The notes under the pieces are model-generated. The model was given only the letters and a program-made list of their open reading frames with translations, was not told the DNA's origin and did not search any database. A stretch of DNA of 64,000 nt from an uncultured Gemmatimonadaceae bacterium (GTDB taxonomy: Bacteria; Gemmatimonadota; Gemmatimonadetes; Gemmatimonadales; Gemmatimonadaceae). The stretch lies in NCBI GenBank assembly GCA_963761305.1, contig CAVXGK010000001.1, positions 736,001 to 800,000 on the forward strand, written 5' to 3'. Positions 58,284-64,000 of this stretch are shown one piece after another (position 1 is the stretch's first letter; every line of letters starts with the position of its first letter). The translations under genes and the position numbers were made by a program.

Positions 58284-60353
58284 CTACCTCGGAATCACCG
58301 GGAGGGTGACGTGCGACGGGTGCGCCGCATCGTGCACCAGCCGCTGATGTGCAACGACGAACGTGCTGTCGCGCTCGTTGTTTCCGCCGGTGTTGAGATT
58401 GCGGTCGTACTTTGGGAAGAGCGCCGACGAGACGGTCACGCGAATCTTGTGGCCCGCCTCGAACACCCGCGACGTGAACCAGAGATCCATGTCGTACTGC
58501 TCCGCGCTGCCGGGCGTGAGCGGCGTCTCCTTGTCGAATCCCTTCCGGAAGCGCGCCCGCATCAACCCGTCCTGCACCCGTTCAGCGTGGCCGTCGGGGA
58601 AGACGTCGAGAAGCATGACGTTCCAGTCGGTGTCCTTCGCGTCGGTCGCCGCCCAGATTGTCGCCGCCATCTGTCCTGTGACTTCGATCGGCTTGGCGAG
58701 CGGCTTGGAGGTGAAGACCAACTCATCGTGCCGCGAGGCGTTGAGCGACGTGTAGTCCTCGTTGAGCGACGTCTCGAGCTCGCGCGAGTCGATCAGGAAC
58801 GGCGTGGGATTCGCCGGATCGTAGGTGAACGTATCGGCCGCGGCACCCGACGGTGGAATGGTGTCCAGCATGCCGTTGCCGGCGCTCGTGTTCGCGCCGC
58901 CGCTCGACGACACGTACCACTTCGTCTGCACGGCGCGAGCGATCGGCCACGCGGCTTCCTTGCGCCACGTGTTGTCGCCGAACACGAAATCGTCGAACCG
59001 CGGCTCCTTGTCGACGCCGTTGTCCTTGCCAAGGAGGTAGTGGTCGAACCAGCGGAGCTGAAGCCGGCGGGTATCGACGCGTGACTGCGGGCCGAATTCG
59101 CCCGCGACGTAGTCGACGCCCTTGTGCGCGCCGGGACCCATCACCAGGCGAATGAAGGGATGATTCGGTACGGCGAGTAATGCGTTGGTATAGTCGATCG
59201 GACCGCGCGAGTCGTCGTACCAGCCGGAAATCTGGAGCACCGGCGCGCGCACTTTGGCGATGTTCGTCGTGACCGCGTGGGCGCGCCAGTACGAATCGAG
59301 CGTCGGATGCGCGACCCAGCGGTCCCACAGCGGCACGTCACCGCAGCCGAGGCGCTGCGGCAGATCGCTCAGCGGCAAATGCGTGAGCGCCGAGCCGATG
59401 TCCAGGTCGGCCGTGTTTTGCAGCGTGCGTGCTCGCATGAGGCACGCCCAATCGACGTTGATCGGCGAGAAGACCATGTCTTCGTACGGCACGATGCGCC
59501 ACGGATCGCCGCTCGCCGCCGACGGCGCAATCGCCGCGAGATGCGGCGGCGCGCTGACCGCGGCGTACCAGGCGAGACGCCCTTCGTCCGAGTGTCCGAT
59601 CAGCCCGACCTTGCCGTTTGCGTCGGGCAACTTCGCGGCCCACTCGACCGCGTCGTACCCGTCGCGCACGTCGGTGTCGTAGTCGCCGAAATCTTTGCCG
59701 TCGGATACATCGCGCCCGCGCACGTGCTGAGCGACGAAGATATAGCCGTGCGACGCCCAGAATCGCCCCGCGGGATGCAGGATGCGCGTGTATGGCGTGC
59801 GCTGAAGCACGACGCCGAACGGGCCCTTGCCGACGGGTCGCGCGATGTAGTTCGCGAGCTTGGCGCCGTCGTGCGTCTTCATGAAGACGAGCGTGTCCTC
59901 GGTGACCGCGTACTGCGAGTCGGAGACCGCGCCGGGCCAGAGCGGGAACTGCTGCTCGACGCTAAACGGCATCGCGCGGCGCACGAGCCGCATGCGGCGT
60001 CCGGTCGGCTTTCCCGCCGCGAGCATGAGGCCCGTGAGCGTGTCGCCGTGCCACACCGCCGCGAGCGTCTGGTTGCGGGCGCCGTTGATGAAGATCGAAT
60101 CCGAACGAACCTCCGCGCGCGCGAGATCGAGCATCGCCTCGCCAGTCCGCCGCCGGATCGAGCCGGTGATGCCGCCGCTGTCGGACGCGAAGTGCGCGAA
60201 GCCCATTCGGCGCCAGCCCTCGAACCCCGGAAGCGGAGTCGAGCCGAGGGCGACATACGCATCCCAATCGCCAGCCAGGGAGGGAGTCGAGCGGCTGGTG
60301 CAGGAGGAGACGGCGAGGACGGCGAAACCGAGAACGCAGCAGACTCTTGGCAT
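58284..60353 (-). CDS. CocE/NonD family hydrolase, probable lipoprotein with extra N-terminal domain
   Basis: RTPY, VRGR..SDG, DGYDAVEW, GKVG..GHS, GWYD, DTDW, SSALFP.YDRNLNTG; AVSSC lipobox. Confidence 0.9.
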   Translation of the reverse strand: MPRVCCVLGFAVLAVSSCTSRSTPSLAGDWDAYVALGSTPLPGFEGWRRMGFAHFASDSGGITGSIRRRTGEAMLDLARAEVRSDSIFINGARNQTLAAVWHGDTLTGLMLAAGKPTGRRMRLVRRAMPFSVEQQFPLWPGAVSDSQYAVTEDTLVFMKTHDGAKLANYIARPVGKGPFGVVLQRTPYTRILHPAGRFWASHGYIFVAQHVRGRDVSDGKDFGDYDTDVRDGYDAVEWAAKLPDANGKVGLIGHSDEGRLAWYAAVSAPPHLAAIAPSAASGDPWRIVPYEDMVFSPINVDWACLMRARTLQNTADLDIGSALTHLPLSDLPQRLGCGDVPLWDRWVAHPTLDSYWRAHAVTTNIAKVRAPVLQISGWYDDSRGPIDYTNALLAVPNHPFIRLVMGPGAHKGVDYVAGEFGPQSRVDTRRLQLRWFDHYLLGKDNGVDKEPRFDDFVFGDNTWRKEAAWPIARAVQTKWYVSSSGGANTSAGNGMLDTIPPSGAAADTFTYDPANPTPFLIDSRELETSLNEDYTSLNASRHDELVFTSKPLAKPIEVTGQMAATIWAATDAKDTDWNVMLLDVFPDGHAERVQDGLMRARFRKGFDKETPLTPGSAEQYDMDLWFTSRVFEAGHKIRVTVSSALFPKYDRNLNTGGNNERDSTFVVAHQRLVHDAAHPSHVTLPVIPR

Positions 60354-60441
60354 GGGCAAGAGAATGCGTTCGAGGAAGCGGTGACGCTAGTCGGGCTGAA
60401 ATGCGCCCGGGCCGACGTCTCGGGGGAGCGAGGCTGGCATC

Positions 60442-60519
60442 GAGCAGGAGCCAGGAGCCCTCAGCAGGAGCCCTCAGCAGGAGCCCTGAGCAGGAGCCCT
60501 GAGCAGGAGCCTGGAGCAG
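60442..60519. repeat. Tandem array A of 13-bp units (G/C)AGCAGGAGCCCT
   Basis: 78 bp of alternating 6/7-nt AGC-core subunits; reverse complement of array B. Confidence 0.9.
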
Positions 60520-60582
60520 TTGAAAAGCGGGGGCTGGAATGGAATGATGACGCGTCCCCCGTTTGGTGGAGTACGGTCTGGT

Positions 60583-61083
60583 ATGCGGGACTTCAAGCGA
60601 CTCGAGATTTGGCAGAGGGCGCATGCCATGGCGATTGCCCTGTACGACCTGTCGGCTGACTACGGGCGGCTGAGGTACGGGCACCTCAGGACCCAGCTCA
60701 TGAAAGCCGTCGATAGCGTCGCGACGAATATCGCCGAGGGGTGTGGGACGGATTCGAATCGCGAGTTTGCGCGTTTTCTCGACATCTCCATCAAATCCGC
60801 GAGCGAGACGGAAAATCACTTGATCAGCGCTCGCGATCTCGAGCTGATGTCTCAGGAAAACTGGCTCCGCTGCACGAGGGAGACGATCGAGATCCGGAGA
60901 ATGACCTTCGGCTATCGCAAAAGGGTGTTGGAGGATGACCCGTGGTGGCGCCGCCCCGCCCTCTGGAGGCCACTGCTCAAGGCTCCTGCTCAAGGCTCTG
61001 GCTCAAGGCTCTGGCTCAAGGCTCTGGCTCAAGGCTCTGGCTCAAGGCTCTGGCTCAAGCCTGGCCGCGAGCAAGAGCTGTGA
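60583..61083 (+). CDS. Four-helix-bundle protein (23S rRNA IVP / Avd-like superfamily)
   Basis: MRDFKRLEIWQRA, L..QL.KA..SV..NIAEG.G..S..EF.RFL.I...SA.E....L; the last approx. 36 codons read through repeat array B. Confidence 0.9.
   Translation: MRDFKRLEIWQRAHAMAIALYDLSADYGRLRYGHLRTQLMKAVDSVATNIAEGCGTDSNREFARFLDISIKSASETENHLISARDLELMSQENWLRCTRETIEIRRMTFGYRKRVLEDDPWWRRPALWRPLLKAPAQGSGSRLWLKALAQGSGSRLWLKPGREQEL
60973..61059. repeat. Tandem array B of 13-bp units (CT/TG)GCTCAAGGCTC
   Basis: Six full units plus one partial. Confidence 0.92.
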
Positions 61084-61258
61084 GCATGAGCCGTGAGCAT
61101 GAGCTGTGAGCGTGAGCTGTGAGCATGAGCTGTGAGCGTGAGCTGTGAGCATGAGCTGTGAGCCATGAGCTGTGAGCCTGAGCTGTGAGCCTGAGCTGTG
61201 AGCCTGAGCTGTGAGCCTGAGCTGTGAGCCTGAGCTGTGAGCCTGAGCTGCGAGCTGC
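61069..61258. repeat. Tandem array C of 13-bp units GAGCTGTGAGC(A/G/C)T
   Basis: About 14 units, with the variable position grading from A/G to C along the array. Confidence 0.92.
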
Positions 61259-61368
61259 GCGGGTCCCGACGAGACAGTTGTGTTCTGACGACCAGGCGAC
61301 CTATCGCGGTCGTTCGCGCCGTCCCGCCCCGAGACGTATTTTCCGGCTCCCGTCACCCCGAACAAGCC

Positions 61369-62076
61369 GTGCGCATCAGCGACATGAACTGGATGCAGGT
61401 CGAGCGCTACCTCGATCATGATGACCGTGCCGTCCTTCCGCTCGGCAGCACCGAACAGCACAGCCATCTCCGTCTGACGGTCGACTGCGTTCTCCCCGAA
61501 CGCGTCGGCGCCGAGGCCGCGGAGCCGCTCGGGATTCCGGTCTTCCCCGTCGTTTCCTACGGGGTCACGCCATACTTCCGCGAATTCCCCGGCTCGATCT
61601 CCCTGCGCGTCGATACGCACCTGAACGTGGTGCGCGACATTCTCGACGGCATGTCGCACAGTGGATTCAAGCGAATCCTCGTCGTCAACGGCCATGGCGG
61701 AAACAGCGCCGTGCAGCAGTGGCTTCCCGAGTGGATCGCCGGGCACGCCGACTGCCGCGTCATCTTTCACAATTGGTGGAACGCGCCGCTCACCTGGGCG
61801 AAGGTCCTCGAGATCGACGCGATCGCGTCCCACGGATCGTGGATGGAGAATTTTCCGTGGACGCGCTTGCCCGGTGTCGAGATGCCGACGGTACAGCGGC
61901 CGATGCTCGACATGGCGCGCGTGCGCACCCTCGACCCGATCAGCATGCGCGGCTACATCGGCGACGGAAACTACGGCGGACTGTATCAACGCTCCGACGA
62001 GGACATGCTCGCGCTGTGGAAGGTCGCGGTCGACGAGACCCGCGCCCTGCTCACCGGATCCTGGGGCTCGGCGTAG
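61369..62076 (+). CDS. Creatininase family protein
   Basis: LPLGSTEQH.HL...D, VNGHGGN, H....E. GTG start inferred. Confidence 0.9.
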   Translation: MRISDMNWMQVERYLDHDDRAVLPLGSTEQHSHLRLTVDCVLPERVGAEAAEPLGIPVFPVVSYGVTPYFREFPGSISLRVDTHLNVVRDILDGMSHSGFKRILVVNGHGGNSAVQQWLPEWIAGHADCRVIFHNWWNAPLTWAKVLEIDAIASHGSWMENFPWTRLPGVEMPTVQRPMLDMARVRTLDPISMRGYIGDGNYGGLYQRSDEDMLALWKVAVDETRALLTGSWGSA

Positions 62077-62085
62077 CAGCAGCCG

Positions 62086-63111
62086 ATGCGATTTCTCATC
62101 TGGGGTGCGGGCGCCATCGGCGGCACGGTCGGCGCCTACCTCGCGCGCGCGGGCAATGACGTCACGTTGGTCGACGTCGTCGGCGAGCACGTCGCGGCAA
62201 TCGATGCCAACGGCATTTCCATCACCGGCCCAATCGCCACGTTCACCCAGCGCGCCGCCGCTTTCACGCCCGAGTCGCTCGAGGGCGTGTGGGACGTGAT
62301 CATCCTCGCCACCAAGGCGCACCACACTCGGGCCGCGACCCACGCGCTGCTTCCCCACCTCGCCGCGACTGGTTGCGTCGTCTCGGCGCAGAATGGGCTC
62401 AACGAGCTCGAGATCGCGCGGGTCGTCGGAGCCGAGCGAACGGTCGGGGCGTTCGTGAATTTCGGCGCGGACTACATCGAACCGGGCGTTATTCACTACG
62501 GCGGCCGCGGCGCGGTCGTGTTGGGAGAGATCGACGGACGCGCCACGCCGCGCGTATCGGCGATTCACGACGCATGGCTCGCCTTCGACGATCGCGCCGT
62601 CGTCACGCCGAACGTCTGGGGCTATCTCTGGGGCAAGGAAGCGTACGGTGCGATGCTGTTCGCCACCGCGCTGACCAACGAGTCGATCGCCGACGCGCTG
62701 GCGATGCCGGCCTACCGCGATCTCTACATTGCGCTGGCTCGAGAAGTCCTTGCCGTCGCCGACGCACGCGGCGTGGTGCCCGAAGCGTTCGACGGATTCG
62801 ATCCGGCCTCGTTCACACCCTCGGCGCCGGGCGACGCAGCGACGCGGTCGCTCGACGCACTGGTCGCGCACAATCGCAAGTCCGCGAAGACGCATAGCGG
62901 CGTCTGGCGCGACCTCGCCGTTCGAAAGCGGCGCACCGAAGTGGACGCGCTGTTCGGCCCGATCGTCGTGCTGGGACAGGAGGTCGGCGTCGCGACTCCG
63001 CTCATTGGGCGACTCGTCGAGCTGATTCACGACGTCGAGAACGGCGCGCGGGCGCAGTCGCTCGATACGCTGGACGCGCTCACCGCCACCAACGTCGTCG
63101 CCGGCGGATGA
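62086..63111 (+). CDS. Ketopantoate reductase (PanE/ApbA) family protein
   Basis: GAGAIGG, ILATKA, SAQNGL, LWGK, SG.WRDL...R.TEVD. Confidence 0.88.
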   Translation: MRFLIWGAGAIGGTVGAYLARAGNDVTLVDVVGEHVAAIDANGISITGPIATFTQRAAAFTPESLEGVWDVIILATKAHHTRAATHALLPHLAATGCVVSAQNGLNELEIARVVGAERTVGAFVNFGADYIEPGVIHYGGRGAVVLGEIDGRATPRVSAIHDAWLAFDDRAVVTPNVWGYLWGKEAYGAMLFATALTNESIADALAMPAYRDLYIALAREVLAVADARGVVPEAFDGFDPASFTPSAPGDAATRSLDALVAHNRKSAKTHSGVWRDLAVRKRRTEVDALFGPIVVLGQEVGVATPLIGRLVELIHDVENGARAQSLDTLDALTATNVVAGG

Positions 63112-63878
63112 TCTTCGACTTCGCCGGTAAGACGGTGATCGTGACCGGAGCGGCGCACGGGTTCGGCCGCGCGATCAGCCTCGCGTTCGCGCAACGCGGC
63201 GCCAATGTCTGGGCCTGCGACGTGCTGAACAACGAGCTGCGCGAAACCGAGCGTCTCTGTCAGGGCCTCGCGGGGACGTGCGTGGCGCGCGTCGTCGACG
63301 TCCGGCGAAACGGCGAGGTTAGCGAATTTGTTGGCGAGGCGGCCGCGGCGGCGAATCGGATCGACGTCCTCGTCAACAACGCGGGCGGTGTGCTCGGCCA
63401 AGTCGGCCGTCCGCTCGAGCAAGTCACGCCGGCCGAGTGGCAGGCCATCTTCGACGTCAACGTGAGCGGCGCCTTCTACTGCTCGCAAGCGGTCGCGCCG
63501 CACATGAAAGCGGCGCGCGCCGGCCGCATCGTCAACATTTCGAGCGGCGCGGGGCTCGGCGTGACCCTCACGGGGATCCAGGCGTACGCGTCGGCGAAGG
63601 CGGCCCAAATCGGATTGACGCGGCAGCTCGCGCACGAGTTGGGCGCGTGGGATATCACCGTGAACAACATCGCGCCCGGATTCGTTCGATCGAATCCGAC
63701 GACGGAGCGACAGTGGGAGTCGTACGGTGAGGCGGGCCAGCGCGCGCTCGTCGAGCGCCTCGCGCTCAGACGCCTCGGGTCGCCGGACGACATCGCGCAG
63801 GCGGTGCTCTTCTTCGCATCCGACTACGCGGGCTGGATCACCGGTCAGGTGCTGTCGGTGGATGGAGGGTCGCGGTGA
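63108..63878 (+). CDS. SDR family oxidoreductase (FabG-like)
   Basis: TGAAHGFG, LVNNAGG, NISS, YASAK, VNNIAPG, ITGQVL.VDGG. Confidence 0.92.
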   Translation: MIFDFAGKTVIVTGAAHGFGRAISLAFAQRGANVWACDVLNNELRETERLCQGLAGTCVARVVDVRRNGEVSEFVGEAAAAANRIDVLVNNAGGVLGQVGRPLEQVTPAEWQAIFDVNVSGAFYCSQAVAPHMKAARAGRIVNISSGAGLGVTLTGIQAYASAKAAQIGLTRQLAHELGAWDITVNNIAPGFVRSNPTTERQWESYGEAGQRALVERLALRRLGSPDDIAQAVLFFASDYAGWITGQVLSVDGGSR

Positions 63879-64000
63879 CGGGTTCGCACCATGCGGCCGA
63901 TTCGTCGGACCGGCTCCCCCCCGTGCTCGCCGCGCTCGACGCGAACCACGATCGGATCCTGGCCGAGTTGGTGGAGTTCGCGTCCATCCCGAGCGTGAGC
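63875..64000 (+). CDS. Partial N-terminus of probable M20/M25/M40 metallopeptidase
   Basis: GTG overlapping the SDR stop; ...ILAELVEFASIPSVS resembles the M20 dipeptidase N-terminal motif; truncated by the window end. Confidence 0.6.
   Translation, partial: MTGSHHAADSSDRLPPVLAALDANHDRILAELVEFASIPSVS

Noticed and set aside
60442..61258. Diversity-generating retroelement, rRNA IVS or CRISPR
   Set aside because: No reverse transcriptase, no TR/VR pair differing at adenines, no flanking rRNA sequence and no spacers.
60417..61275. GTCTCG/CGAGAC as terminal inverted repeats of the four-helix cassette
   Set aside because: Only 6 bp with no evident target-site duplication; expected by chance.

Overview
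A GC-rich, gene-dense bacterial chromosomal window. The gene repertoire (many lipoproteins, Gly/Arg-rich secreted hydrolases, Ig-like surface proteins) suggests Gemmatimonadota, which is an inference only. From left to right it contains: (i) two tandem paralogous Big_2-repeat surface lipoproteins with divergent ConA/lyase-like tips, next to an exopolysaccharide locus (GT4, wzm/wzt, RfbD-like SDR, FnlA-like dehydratase, GT2, DegT-like, FemAB-like, polysaccharide deacetylase); (ii) housekeeping and accessory genes including MFS transporters, a cupredoxin, an acyl-CoA dehydrogenase, a PLP decarboxylase, a YciI/ECF42-type sigma pair and a UvrD helicase with an inserted DEDDh exonuclease; (iii) secreted hydrolases (amidase, S9 peptidase, amidohydrolase, esterase, two CocE/NonD) and a serpin; (iv) a DNA-repair cluster (TM0106-type nuclease-helicase, DUF72, Ku, LigD) in which Ku and LigD are frameshifted, probably by sequencing error; (v) a four-helix-bundle gene enclosed by inverted arrays of 13-bp GAGC-core repeats, the most unusual structure here; (vi) the start of a creatininase/PanE/SDR/M20 operon. 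A 22 x 21-bp tandem array and several imperfect intergenic palindromes are also present. I saw no rRNA, tRNA, CRISPR array, transposase or integrase. All family assignments come from motif recognition by eye, not from database searches.
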